Shown here one piece after another: positions 39,931-52,334 of a DNA stretch of 64,000 nt. Position numbers and translations under genes: made by a program. The notes under the pieces were generated by a model, which saw only the letters and a program-made list of their open reading frames with translations, ran no database searches and was not told the origin of the DNA. The DNA comes from Octopus vulgaris (lineage: Eukaryota), in the NCBI GenBank assembly GCA_951406725.2, contig OX597819.1, forward strand, positions 868,001-932,000. The letters run 5' to 3'. Numbering within the stretch: the stretch's first letter is position 1; each line of letters starts with the position of its first letter.

Positions 39931-41150
39931 ATATATATATATGCAAGAAAATGGATCAATATTTCGGTACAATTGGTACAAGGCTGATTTGTCCAACTAA
40001 GTCAGATATTGGCCGACTTAGTAAATCTGTCCTTGACATTGTTCTACCCCAAATAACCCTGCTTCTTCCCTTAAGTCTATGGATAAATACCGATGAGGTA
40101 TTAAAATGGTTAAACTCCCTAACCAATACTAGTAATCTGGCCTTTATTCAATTCGACATAAATAACTATTACTCTAGCATTTCCCCTATTCTGTTAAATA
40201 AATCACTTATATTCGCTATGAATCGCTCCCTCATATCTAGAGAAGAAATCGACATTGTACTATTAGCTAGAAAAACATTTATAGAGTTTGAGGGAAAATT
40301 ATGGACCAGAGCAGACACCCCTAATAATTTCGATATAGCTATGGGTTCCAGTGATTTGGCTGAGGTGACTAATTTAGTAGGCGCATATCTATTAAAATGC
40401 ATAAAAAAGGAGATCCTAGAATTACAAGGTGGTCTTTATAGGGATGATGCTTTGTTTGTTATCCCTAGCAATAATAAATCGAGCATTGAAAGGATTAGAA
40501 AGAAAATTAATAGGTTCTTTAAAGACTTCAACCTTAGCATAACCTACAAACCAGGCACTAAAATAGTCAATTTCCTAGATATTACATTAGACCTTAACTC
40601 TAAGCTACATTACCCATTTAAAAAAGAAGGCGAAATCACTAGTTACGTAAATAAATTATCCAATCATCTCCCAAATATAATTAATACTTTGATGAGAAAT
40701 ATTTCCTTAAGAATCTCTAAATTATCATCCAATGTTGATATATTGAACTCCCACTCGGAGCATTATAATGCGGCGCTATCTGAGGCAGGATACAACCAAA
40801 AAATTACCTTTATTGATAAAGAGAACTTACATATTTCAAATAAAAGAAGTAACAATAACCACGTAAACAATAATAGAGATAACGCCAGAAATAAAAGTAG
40901 AAGTAAATTTACGGTGACAACAAATCTAAATGAAAATAAGAATAAAGATAGGAATATAGACCGGAACATAGGTAACTCGGATAGGATAAATTTAGATAAA
41001 AATAAGAAGCATGCAAATATTAACTTTAATAAATACAACGACTCTGGTGGAAGTAGGAATGATCCAACTAACCCCAATTCTAATTCAAGGAAATTTAATA
41101 AGAAAAATGTAATATGGCTAAATGTTCCTTTCAACTGTGCGATTCTATCG

Positions 41151-41344
41151 GATAATAATAATAATAATAATAATAATAATTGTGTACAGTGCTCAGGTGC
41201 ACTACAACTCATCTAAAGTGTATATATAATCAGGTGTAGTTTCGGCGGATTTCGGAAAGCATGAGGGCCTTAAAAGATGCAGTGTCATGGCAGTCAACAA
41301 CTGACGCAGGCAGTTTATTCCATGCTTCAGCAACTCTGAGCGTG
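41151..41344 (-). mobile_element. CR1/L2-type LINE 3' fragment with (TTA)n tail inserted in the Penelope ORF
   Basis: Homologous to 46719-46985; GGATA duplicated at 41150-41154 and 41344-41348; excision restores the frame (AILSD/IQSRFK). Confidence 0.88.
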
Positions 41345-43514
41345 GATATTCAGAGTAGATTCAAATCAATTCTGGAAAAGAACTTCCCAACCTCTCATAG
41401 ATATCATAAAATTATTTCTAAAAAAATGGTCAGAATTTCTTATTCAACCCTCCCAAATATGCCCACTTTAATAGCTAAGATTAATAATAATAACATTAAA
41501 CTAGCCAGGAAAAATTTAAATAATACCAATAGGAATACCAATGGCAATTGTAGTAACATTAACGAAAGTAATAATAGCCACAATAATAATAACTATCATA
41601 ACATAGGTATAACCAATAGCTATAGAATAGCTAGTAATCATAATAATACAAATAGGAACAATTATGTTAATAATAGGAGTAATACCAATAAGGAAAATAC
41701 CGGGAATGAAGACAACAATGATATCTATAGTAACAGTATACATTCGGAAACTAATACTGACAATAATAGTAGCAATACCAATAATGTTAGTAATTATGGT
41801 AGGACTATAGAATTAAATGATAGTGTAGAAGGACCGATAAATGATAATACTGCTTTAGATAACAACATTAACTATAATAACGATAACACTATTTTAGATA
41901 ACAGCATTAACTATAATAGCGAAAAGTATACTAATAATGATTTGAATAGCAGGAATATGAGACATCTATCATTGAGTAATCCCACATTAGAAAATGATCC
42001 CCCTAGGTGTAACTAGAATTAGATCAAAATGCCCGGCACCTGGTCTATGCGGGTTAAATAACGTAATCTATAAATGTACCATAGCTACAGAAAATAACAA
42101 ATTTATTTATTTAGGGTGTACTATAAATTTTAAAAAATGTCTTAGCAATCATCTCTCTTCTTTCAAATTACATCATAAAGCTGATAGCACCACACTTTCA
42201 AGTAAGATCTGGGAACTCAAAAACAATAATATTAAATATAACCTTAATTGGGAATTAGAAGAGTGATGCCTTATAAAAATAACAGAGTTGGTTGCCAACT
42301 TTGCTCCATGGAAACATTTGAAATACTAATGCGCAGAAGAAATGATTACTTATTGAATAACCGTATAGAATTGGGTCTCTCTTGTATTCACACTAGGGTT
42401 AAGACTCTAAAATATTTTAAACGACAACCGTATATAAAAAACAATTTGGTGAGTTGTCTATCTTGTTTATTATAATATAGCAATACTCTCATATATTTAT
42501 TTTAGATAGATAGCTGCAAGCTCATAAGCTATGGTTATTTTCTCTCTATATGTACCAGATTTGGAACATAAAGATATAAATTTAGTTGCTAAAAAAACTT
42601 TCATTCTAATAGAATATATAGATAATTTAAATTAATTTAATCTAAATTTTTCTAATTTAGGTAAACCAACTTAAAGCAAATAAGTTAATAAAACTTAGTA
42701 ATTCTTATATGCTATAAGTAAATAAAAGCTAATCCCATAGAAATAGTATAACGATTTTTCATTATGAAAAACAATACTCCCAATTCTTTCTTTTGTCCCG
42801 AAGTCTGCCAAGGTATAAGTAGTAACATTAATTAATAAAGAAATAAATTGAATGACCTCTTTTCTAGTCTTGCACTGAAATCTATTAATACTTTTTCCTA
42901 TAGTGATAACCTTTTGACCCGCCTTTACCTTCCCTTGACCTCTTTATATAGCAATTAACAACAGAATGCTGGTCAAGATTACTTTCTCTTTTTTTAAAAC
43001 TCCTAGATTCTTACAAATTCTAACCCAGTCAGCTTGTCTCCACTGAAAGAAACTATTCTGCGTAGGTGGATATTTACAATCCCATTCCTTCTAAGTTACC
43101 CTTTATACCCTTTGTGAGTGATTGTCTATACACTCCACTAAATTTCCTTCAACAAATTTCTAACATAGCAGTTTTGAAAAATGATCAGAAATGCAAACAG
43201 CATACCTTCATACATCAGGAAACCCACTTTATTATGAACTAATTATGGATAAATACATCGTCTGTGAGTATGAAATCTCTCCTCATATCTCCAGAATTCA
43301 AACATTCGTCATTATTATGGATGGATTTACATTTTCAATTTCTGTGAAACTAAGAGGTTTTTTAAAATACTTTTTTAAAGCCTGTTATTTGACTGTGCAA
43401 CATTAGAGAACTTTGGATGTCCGTTTATTATCTAAATCTGATTTTTATAGAACTATCCCGAATGTTTCGTGAGTGTAGCCTCACCCCCTTAGATGTTTTG
43501 AGAACTCAGATGTT

Positions 43515-43604
43515 TTTTCGGCTGATGAGTACGGGCCACGTGTATTTGCTGCAATATTTGCAGCCTTAATAAAGGTGTCTTCGTACGAAACAATTGTACC
43601 GAAA
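43515..43604 (+). ncRNA. Intact type I hammerhead ribozyme in Penelope pLTR
   Basis: tttcgg-CTGATGA-gtacg...cgtac-GAAA-caattg-TA-ccgaaa; all core nucleotides canonical, palindromic stem III ACAATTGT, predicted cut after 43598. Confidence 0.9.
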
Positions 43605-43934
43605 TATTGATCCATTTTTGTTGTTTTTTTCTTGCTTATAATCACCCCGCATTATCTTATGGTTAACACCATATAGATTTCTGGTGCATCTAAGTTAAGT
43701 ACCTCATTCATGTGAATTCAACAGAACTCACTTGAATCTTAATTACTTTTACTTATATATATATATGTATGTATGTATGTATTAGTTTGACACTCAGGAA
43801 GGTGAGAAAGTCTTTTACATTTCAAGCCTATGCTCTTCAACAGAGAGGAACATGAGGAAATAAACAGAGAATAAAAAAAACTTTTGGAGTTAGCGGTCAA
43901 TATATATATGTGCATGGACACAATCCATCTCTGC

Positions 43935-43977
<43 letters not shown>

Positions 43978-43994
43978 CACACATAAATATGTAG

Positions 43995-44311
43995 ATCATT
44001 GGTTAGAGTGTCAGGCTCACAATCATTAGGACTGGGCTGTGTGTTGTTTTTTTGAGCAAGACACTATATTTCATGTTGTACCAGTTCACTCAGCTGTAGA
44101 AATGAGTTGCGACATCACTGGCACCAGGCTGTATTGGCCCCTTTGCCTTTCCCTTGGATAACATTGGCGATGTGGAGAGGAGAGGTTGTCAAACATGGGC
44201 GACTGTTTGTCTTCCATAAGCAACTTTGCCTGGACTTGTGCCTTTGTGCCTTGGAGGGTAACTTTCTAGATGCAATCCCATGGTCATTCATGACCAAAGG
44301 GGGTCTTTACC

Positions 44312-44315
<4 letters not shown>
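43995..44315 (+). mobile_element. tRNA-derived SINE family C
   Basis: 'tggttagagtg...ttgagcaagacact...ccagttcactcagctgtagaaatgag'; homologous to 57414-57735. Confidence 0.8.
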
Positions 44316-44351
<36 letters not shown>

Positions 44352-44353
<2 letters not shown>

Positions 44354-45480
44354 TCATCATCATCATCATCATCATCGTTTAACGTCCATTCTCCATGCTA
44401 GCATGGGTTGGACGGTTCGACCGGGGATCTGGGAAGCCAGAAGGCTGCACCAGGCTCCAGTCTTATCTGGCAATGTTTCTACAGCTGGATGCCCTTCCTA
44501 ACGCCAACCACTCCGTGAGTGTAGTGGGTGCTTTTTACGTGCCACCTGCACAGGTGCCAGGCGAGGCTGGCAACGGCCACGGTCGGATTGGTGTAATTTA
44601 TGTGCCACAGGCACAGAAGCCAGTGGAGGCGGCGCTGGCATCGGCCACGAGTCGAATAGTGCTTTACGTACCACCAGACCAGGGATCCTGGCTAGTTCAA
44701 TTCGATTTCGCTTTCCCAACATGTCTTCGCAAGCAAAGGGGGTTGGCATGGGTGCCTGTCGTACGGTCGGATTGGTGTATTTTATGTGCCACCGGCACGG
44801 AAGCCAGTGGAGGCAGCGCTGGCATCAGCCACGAGTCGGATAGTGCTTTTTACGTACCACCAGACCAGGGATCCTGGCTGGTTCAATTCGATTTCAATTT
44901 TGCTTTCGCTTGCCCCAACATGTCTTTGCAAGCAAAGGGGGTTGGCATGGGTACCTGTCATCGGATGAGGTTCTATATCGACTTCACTTGCCTCAACAGG
45001 TCTTTGTGTCCAAGGGAGGAAAGGCATTCATAAGTGGGCTGGGCTCACTTGTCCTGCCTGGTCTTCTCACGTACAGCATATTTCCAAAGGTCTCGGTCGC
45101 TGGTCATTTCCTCAGTGAGGCCTAAAGTTCGAATGTCGTGCTTCACCACCTCGTCCCAGGTTTTCCTGGGTCTACCTCTTCCACGGGTTCCCTCAACTGC
45201 TAGGGATTGGCACTTTCTCACACACCTACCTTCATCCATTCTCGCCACATGACCATACCAGCGCAATCGTCTCTCTTGCACACCACAACTGATGCTTCTT
45301 AGGTACAACATTTCTCTCAAGGTACTAACGCTTTGTCGAGTATGTACACTGACATTACACATTCATCGGAGCATACTGGCTTCATTCCTCACGAGCTTAC
45401 GTATGTCCTCAGCAGTCACGGCCCATGTTTCACTGCCATGTAGCATGGCTGTTCGTACACATGCATCATACAGTCTGCCA
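44352..45480 (-). mobile_element. RTE LINE 3' portion with duplicated 3' UTR block
   Basis: ORF 45045-45362 (RRLRWYGHV, GRGRPRKTWDEVV); (CAT)n tail abutting (TA)n; ~184-bp tandem duplication 44581-44959. Confidence 0.92.
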
Positions 45481-45481
45481 G

Positions 45482-45723
45482 GTGTAGGCAATGGCTGTGT
45501 GGCAAGAAGTTTGCTTTCCAACCACATGGTTCAGGGTTCAATCCCACTGTGTGACACCTTGGGCAAGTTTCTTCTACTATGGCTATAGGCTGATCAAAGC
45601 CTTGTGAGTGGTTTTGATAGACTGAAACTGAAAAGAAGCCCACTGACAAGGCTTTGGTCAACCTGAAGCTAAAGTAGAAGACACTTGTCCAAGGTGTTAC
45701 GCAGTGGGACTGAACCCTGAACC

Positions 45724-45757
<34 letters not shown>

Positions 45758-46158
45758 CCTCACATACATATGTGTGTCTGTATCTGCATGTGTCCCTCAC
45801 CACTGCTTGACAAGTGGTGTTGGTGTGTTTACGCCTCAGTGACTTAGTGGTTTGGTAAAAGAAGCTGATAGAATAAATAGCAAGATTAAAACAAATGAGT
45901 TGTGGAGTTAATTTGTTCAACTAAACTTCTTCAAGGTGGTGCCACATCATAGCTGCAGTCTAAAGACTGAAACAAGTAAATGACTAAAAGACTAAAATAT
46001 ATATACATATACTGTGGTAAGAAGGTTGCTTCCCAACCACATGGTGCCAGGTTCAATCCCACTGTGTGGCACCTCGAGCAAGTGTGTTCTACTGTAGCCT
46101 TGCGCTGAGCAAAGCCTTGTGAGTTGATTTGGTAGACAGAAACTGAAAGAAGTCGGTC

Positions 46159-46206
<48 letters not shown>

Positions 46207-46445
46207 ATATATATATATATATATATGTGTCGGTGTGTTTATGTGTATGTGTCTTCTGTCTGTGTTTGTCCTCCCACCTTTGCTTGATGACCGATGCCGA
46301 TGTGTTTACGTCCCTGTAACTTAGTGGTTCGTTAAAAGAGAACGATAGAATAAGTCCTGGAGTCGATTTATTCGACTAAAATCCTTTAAGGCGGTGCTCC
46401 AGTATGACTGCAGTCAAATAACTGAAACATATGTAAAAGAATGAA
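45482..46445. mobile_element. Cluster of SINE family A pieces (inverted pair of heads 45482-45725, 3' half ~45770-45995, near-complete copy ~46012-46445 on +)
   Basis: Repeated 'ggttcaatcccactgtgtg..caagtgt..tctact' heads and 'gcagtc..atgactgaaaca' tails. Confidence 0.75.
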
Positions 46446-46718
46446 TATATATATATATTGGGGTAGACTTGGAAAGGAAAAAACCAATCCAAGGGAGATA
46501 ACTCTGGTGGACTAATTAAACCTATCTCTTTTATTTGGGATTTGATGTTCTATCAACTGATTACCGCCTCGATTTTTTTTACGTCTCTCTGCTTCATTAA
46601 CTGAATATGATGCTTTCAGTCCAGGCTGCACTGTTTCACTCAGCTATTCCTGTTAAATGCTAGATTTGCTTCTCCATTTCTGACATGAAATCGTTTCGTA
46701 ACTGGTTATCACGAGACT

Positions 46719-47160
46719 TTAATAATAATGAAATTAATTGTATACAGTGCTCAGGTGCACCACAACTTGTCAAAAGTGCATATAAAGCATATGCAGTAAT
46801 GTACAAATGTCTGGGAAGTGAACAGTGTATGAGTCAGATACATGCTTGCGTGTGTATGGACGGGAGAAAATCAGGTGTAGTGTTGGCGAATCTCAGGAAG
46901 CATGGAAGTTTTGAAGGATGCAGTGCTCCGACAACTAACAACTGATGCCGGCAGTTTGTTCCATGCTTCAGCAACTCTTAGCGGGAAAAAATGTTTCCAA
47001 AAGTCATGGGAGCTGTGCTGTTTTCTGACTTTGTAAACATGTCCATGGGTGTTAGATGGGTGGAGTTTGGAAAGGTGCTCAGAGTTATTGTTAGTAAGAT
47101 GGTTAATAATTTTATGGGTGTCTGCCAAGTCAGCTGCCGGACGTCAGAGTTTCAATGTGT
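46719..47160 (-). mobile_element. CR1/L2-type LINE 3' end
   Basis: ORF 46871-47128 (THGHVYKVRK...KHFFPLRVAEAWNKLP...SFK), a typical CR1 ORF2 C-terminus; (TTA)n tail. Confidence 0.88.
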
Positions 47161-47613
47161 CCATACCCATTATACAAATAATAATCATTAACCCGACGGG
47201 CAAAATATCGAGCGACATTTCGTCCATCTTTATGCTCTGAGTTCAAATTCCGTTGAGGTCGAATTTGCCTTTCATCCTTTCGGGTCTGATAAAATAAGTA
47301 ACTGGGGTCGATGTATCCCCTCCACTGAAATTGCTGGTCTTGTGCCAAAATCAGAAACCAATATTATACAAATAATAATACACCCATTCTATTACTTAAT
47401 ATATGAGTATTTGTTTTTTTAGTCAGAATTTTGCACAATTGTGTGTATTCCTCACATTCAGCTGCTGTAATGATCTGATGGCGGAATATATACATATTTA
47501 TTTCCCTTTATATCTCTAGTTATCTCCTGGGGCCTGGATTCCGTTATCCAAACAGCAAAGATATTAGAATGCATTTAATATCCATTCCCCTTTCTCAATA
47601 TCATCCCTTCCCA

Positions 47614-47830
47614 AGGCGGCGAGGTGGCAGAAAAGTTAGCACGTCGGGCGAAATGCTTAGTGATATTTCGTCATTCTTTACGTTCTGAGTTTAAATTCCG
47701 CCGAGGTCGACTTTGCCATTCATCCTTTCGAGGTCGATAAATTAAGTACCAGTTGCGTACTAGGGTCGATCTAATCGACTGGCCCCCTCCCCCCAAAAGT
47801 TTGAGCCTTGTACCTAGAGTAGAAAAGAAT
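47614..47830 (+). mobile_element. SINE family B, full length (a partial copy at ~47190-47360)
   Basis: 'ggcggcgaggtggcagaa', B-box-like 'gagtttaaattcc', core 'ttcatcctttcgaggtcgataaattaagtaccag'. Confidence 0.8.
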
Positions 47831-48869
47831 ATAATCTCTTTCCACTTTCTTTTCCACTGCTCACCTCTTTCTCTGCCTCCAAGGTATTTCTCCCTCTCCA
47901 CTGAGCAAATTCTTAGGACTTGCCATACTTCATCTTTAAAGCTTCTTTTCTCTTATTTACTATTGACCACACCTCCACCCTTGTACACCATTCACAATAT
48001 TAACTTCTGACCCCATCCATAACTACCTGTCACTCTCCTCTCACACTCCTATGAACTTATTCACTCACACCTCCCCATCCTTATTGGATATTCTCTTATC
48101 ACTTTCTTGTACCCTGATGGTATGCTCTGACACCTAATCACCACCATCTTCATCTTCTTTCTACCTATTCCTACCCATTCATGCATAATATGAGGTAGCC
48201 ACCTATGTCTTCTATAGCAAGACAACTGTGTCAGTCCTGCCATCATATTTCAGCATTTTAACACCTGGCCTAAAGTAGTTTTACATCACTTGTTAAAATT
48301 ATCTCTACAGAGATTCTATAGAAATTATAGATTTTTGTTACTATGTTTCATATTTGAATACAAAAAGTAGTAAGAAAAGTCAGTGATGGCTATAATTTCT
48401 ATACAATATCTGTAAAGATAACCTTAACAAAATTTGCCTATGATTTCAGCTTGGATATTAATATCATACATGATTTGCAATATTAGCTGCTCAGTTCAAT
48501 CTATACATCTTTTCTACATTTGATACAATAACTTCTGCTCATTTATACATCCTGACTGTATATAGCTCCCACCTCAATCCTGTAGTTTAACAACTCAACG
48601 TATAGGCAATTGTGTGTGCTTCAATACCAAAAGTCCTTTTTTGACCCAGCTTTTTCTTTATAAACATATTTTTTTCTATGAATGTCTATATATGTTAGGT
48701 AATATTCAGACATAGGTGCAGGCATGGGTGTGTGGTAAGAAGCTTGCTTTCCAACCATGTAGTTCTAGGTTCAGTGACACCTTGAGCAAGTGTCTTCTAC
48801 TATAACCTCAGTGGATTTGGTAGGCAGAAACAGAAAGAAGCCCATTGTATATATATATATATATATATA

Positions 48870-49132
48870 TGCATTGCTTCATAAGACCTGTTGAGTCAAG
48901 TGAAACCGTAGTCATAGCCGATGCCAGTGCCACCTGGCTGGCACCCATGCTGATGGCACATAAAAAGCACCATTCAAGTGTGGTCGATGCCAGTGCCACC
49001 TGATTGGCTCCCATGTCGGTGGTATGTAACAAGCAGCATTTGAGAATGGTCGATGCCAGCGCTGCCTGATTTGCCCCTTTGCTAGTGAGCCCGTATTAAG
49101 CACCTACTAGATGTTAAACGATGATGATGATG
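48870..49132 (+). mobile_element. RTE 3' UTR fragment with (GAT)n tail
   Basis: 'agacctgttgagtcaagtg' and UTR repeats; tail-to-tail with the next copy. Confidence 0.75.
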
Positions 49133-49145
49133 ATATATATATATA

Positions 49146-50635
49146 TCATCATCATCGTTTAACATTTTCTTTCCATGCTGGCATGGGTTGGACAATTTGA
49201 CTGAGGACTGGCAAACTAGTCTGATCTGGCAAGGTTTCTACAACTTGATGCCCTTCCTAACCCCAACCACTCCGAGAGTGTAGTGGGGTGGGTGCTTAAT
49301 ATGGGCCCACTAGCATGCGGGTCAGTCAGGCAGCACTAGCATCAACCATGCTCGAATGCTGCTTGTTACATGCCACCAGCATAGGAGCCAGTCAGGTGGC
49401 ACTGGCATCAACCACACTTAAAGGATGCTTGTTACATGCCACTAGCACTGGCATTGGCCTCTGTGACGCCCAACGTTCATAGGTTCTGCTTCACCACTTC
49501 ATCCCATGTCTTCCTGGGTTTATCTCTTCCACAGGTTCCCTCACCTGTCAGGGTGTGACACTTCTTTATACAGTTGTTCTCATCCATATGTAACACATGA
49601 CCATACCAGCACAGTCATCTCTCTTGCACACCACATCTGATGCTTCTTATATCCAACTTTTCATTCAGGGTGCTTACACTCTGTTTTGTATGCACACTGA
49701 CATTACACATCCAGCGGAGCATACTAGCTTCATTTCTTTCAAGCCTACACATGTCCTCAGCAGTCACAGCCCCTGTTTCACTGCCATGTAGCATGGCTGT
49801 TTGCACACAAGTGTCAAGCAGTGTACCTTTCACTCTGAGCAAGAGACCCTCTGTCAACAGCAGAAATAGGAGCCCTCTGAACTTTGTCCAGGCTATTCTT
49901 ATTCTAGCAGCTATGCTCTCAGAACATCCATTTCCACTACTGATTTAGTCACATAAGTAATAGAAGCTATCAACTACTTCTAGTTTCTGCCCTGGCATGT
50001 GATGGAATCTGTTTTCTGTACATCTGTGGTGTTTATTGCCCCTCTGCATCTTCCACACACAAAAACTATCTTCCTTTCATATTGTTGCACCTCTTATGTG
50101 CCCCTAGCTTACACCAGGTACATCTTATGGAGATTCTACCTATGCCTTTTTCTACAGATCAAGCAGGGTCATCTACCACAAGGGATTTGTGATTTATCTG
50201 CCTTCCTACTTACAAAGACTTTGGTTTTTGCTAGATTGACTCTAAGGCCCTTCAATTCTAGATCTTGCTTTCACACCTGAAACTTCTTCTCTAGTTCTGG
50301 TAGAGACTCAGCTGTTAGAGCAAGGTCATCAGCATAGATGAGCTCCCAGGGGCATCCTATCTTGAATTCCTCTGTTAGTGCTTGGAGGACTATGATGAAT
50401 AAGAGAGGGCTGAGGGCTGCGGAATGATCCTTGGTGAACCCCTACTTCTACCCAGAATTCTCCACTATACTCGTTGCCAACCCTCACCTTACTGACAGCA
50501 TCCCTGTACATGGCTTGTACAGCTCTCAATAACCACTCATCTATCCCTCGTTTCTGCATTGACTACCAAATAAGGGATCGGGAGACCCTGTCAAAGGCTC
50601 TCTCCATGTCAACAAAAGCCAAGTACAGAGGTTTC
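49146..50635 (-). mobile_element. RTE LINE, RT C-terminal half to 3' end, degenerate
   Basis: ORFs 50329-50559 (VEVGVHQGS) and 49615-49857 (MLHGSET, RLERNEASMLRW). Confidence 0.9.
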
Positions 50636-51473
50636 TCTTTATATATATAAATATGTGTGTGTGTGTGTGTGTGTGTCTTTGTATCAGTTTGTCCCCAGTA
50701 CTTGATAACAGGTGTTCGTGTTTATGACCCCTTAACTTAGTGATTTGAAAAAAGAGATCAAAAGAAGAAGCACAGGGTTTAACAAACTGTAAGTACTGGC
50801 ATTGATCCATTCAACTAAAAATTCTTCAAGGCGGTGCCCCTGCTGGGCTGCAGTCTAATGACTGAAACAAGTAAAAGATAAAAGATATGTAGATGGCATT
50901 GCCAAGTTAAAGCACAAATTTCATTCAGTAGGGACTTAAGTGATTATATATATTAAATGCTTGTATCTGTTATTTTTGCAGTAAATAATATTCGATGTAC
51001 AAGTTATTTTTTAAGATAAGATTTTAGTAATACTGAACAAAGACTTTGCCTTTCATCCTCTCTGGGGTCACTATTATAAAGCGCTTTCTTCTCCCAAAGA
51101 ATTCACTAGGGCTGACCACACGTTGTTGACAATCCCTGATAATTGAAGGGTCAAGCGATATTTATCCAGACTAGTGCATTTATAAATACTTTTAGGAGCA
51201 ACAAAAATCCTCCCCGAGTGATGAATGTTTGAACAGCAAACGCACGATGTGGACTAGTCTAAATAATGACGATAATTGGGAAAACAAAATAGATAAATAA
51301 AAATAAAATGAATTAGAAAATAGCAGAGGAAAAAAACACGTACAGCATTAACTCCTTGAAACCACCCTAACTTTACTGGCACCACACAAAAGGCCGAATA
51401 AAATATGGGAGGTTTTACTGCTGCATCCTGTAGAAGGAAGCTATTAAGTAGAACCATAGTAATGATAAAACAT

Positions 51474-51888
51474 TTACTCTTTTACTCTTTTACTTGTTTC
51501 AGTCATTTGACTGCGGCCATGCTGGAGCACCGCCTTTAGTCGAGCAAATCAACCCCGGGACTTATTCTTTGTAAGCCCAGTACTTATTCTATCGGTCTCT
51601 TTTGCCGAACCGCTAAGTGACGGGGACGTAAACACACCAGCATCGGTTGTGAAGCGATGCTAGGGGGACAAACACACAAACATACAAACATATACGCACA
51701 CACTTATATATATATACATATATACGACAGGCTTCTTTCAGTTTCCGTCTACCAAATCCACTCACAAGGCATTGGTCGGCCCGGGGCTATAGCAGAAGAC
51801 ACTTGCCCAAGATGCCACGCAGTGGGACTGAACCCGGAACTATGTGGTTGGTTAGCAAGCTACTTACCACACAGCCACTCCTGCGCCT
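51474..51888 (-). mobile_element. Young full-length SINE family A
   Basis: Minus strand starts AGGCGCAGGAGTGGCTGTGTGG (A box) ... GGTTCAGTCC (B box), CORE-like 'ttgggcaagtgtctt', internal microsatellite, (AAAAGAGT)n tail. Confidence 0.92.
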
Positions 51889-52334
51889 ATGATTGGATTG
51901 TTATGTAAGGATTAACAACAAACAAGAGATGATTATTAATAATCCCTTTTAATAATGCCTACATAGTTCCTCAATGCAAAGAAGTTTGATACAATAATAC
52001 CTACAGAAATGACAGAACACTTTTCTACCATTACAATTCTTCATTTTGAAGAGAGATAACTCTAGTCCAAATAATTTGTATGCAGTTATTGTTCTTTACC
52101 TTTTTACTTTTAGTTTCGGCATCTGTTTATAGTTTAGTTCTCATCCAACAAACCCACGATTAAAGATAATTAAGTTGTCGTTATGTTCTGAGTGCAAATT
52201 CTGCCGAGGTCAACTTTGCCTTTCATCCTTTCGGAGTCAATAAAATAAGTACCTGTTCAGCCCTGGAGTAGATGTTATGAACTTACCTCCCCTGAAATTG
52301 CTGGCCTTGTGCCAAAATTTGCAACTAATATTTA

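Larger units (their letters stand above)
39943..43754 (+). mobile_element. Penelope-like retroelement (RT + C-terminal GIY-YIG endonuclease) with 3' pseudo-LTR and inverted 5' pLTR fragment; defective
   Basis: RT motifs QFDINNYYSSI, IAMGS, GLYRDD and VNFLDITL (39976-41150); Asn-rich linker; VIYKC...IYLGCT GIY-YIG (41994-42266); C-terminal CQLC...CIH; hammerhead in the 3' region; 39943-39975 is the reverse complement of 43591-43635; TA tracts on both flanks. Confidence 0.93.

Noticed and set aside
39951-39975. ATG start of the 421-aa ORF (MDQYFGTI)
   Set aside because: Derives from the inverted pLTR fragment; the true RT N-terminus is truncated
42005-42020. In-frame stop in the PLE as possible recoding (selenocysteine/readthrough)
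   Set aside because: The stop is TAG and coincides with a frameshift, best explained by a 2-nt deletion
46670-46718. Possible hammerhead 3' half on the minus strand (gttac-GAAA-cgatttcatg-TC-agaa)
   Set aside because: No CUGANGA upstream (the sequence is cut by the CR1 tail); too little left to support
51060-51260. Possible minus-strand exon after a pyrimidine-rich acceptor
   Set aside because: Short frame with a stop, no recognisable homology and no donor support
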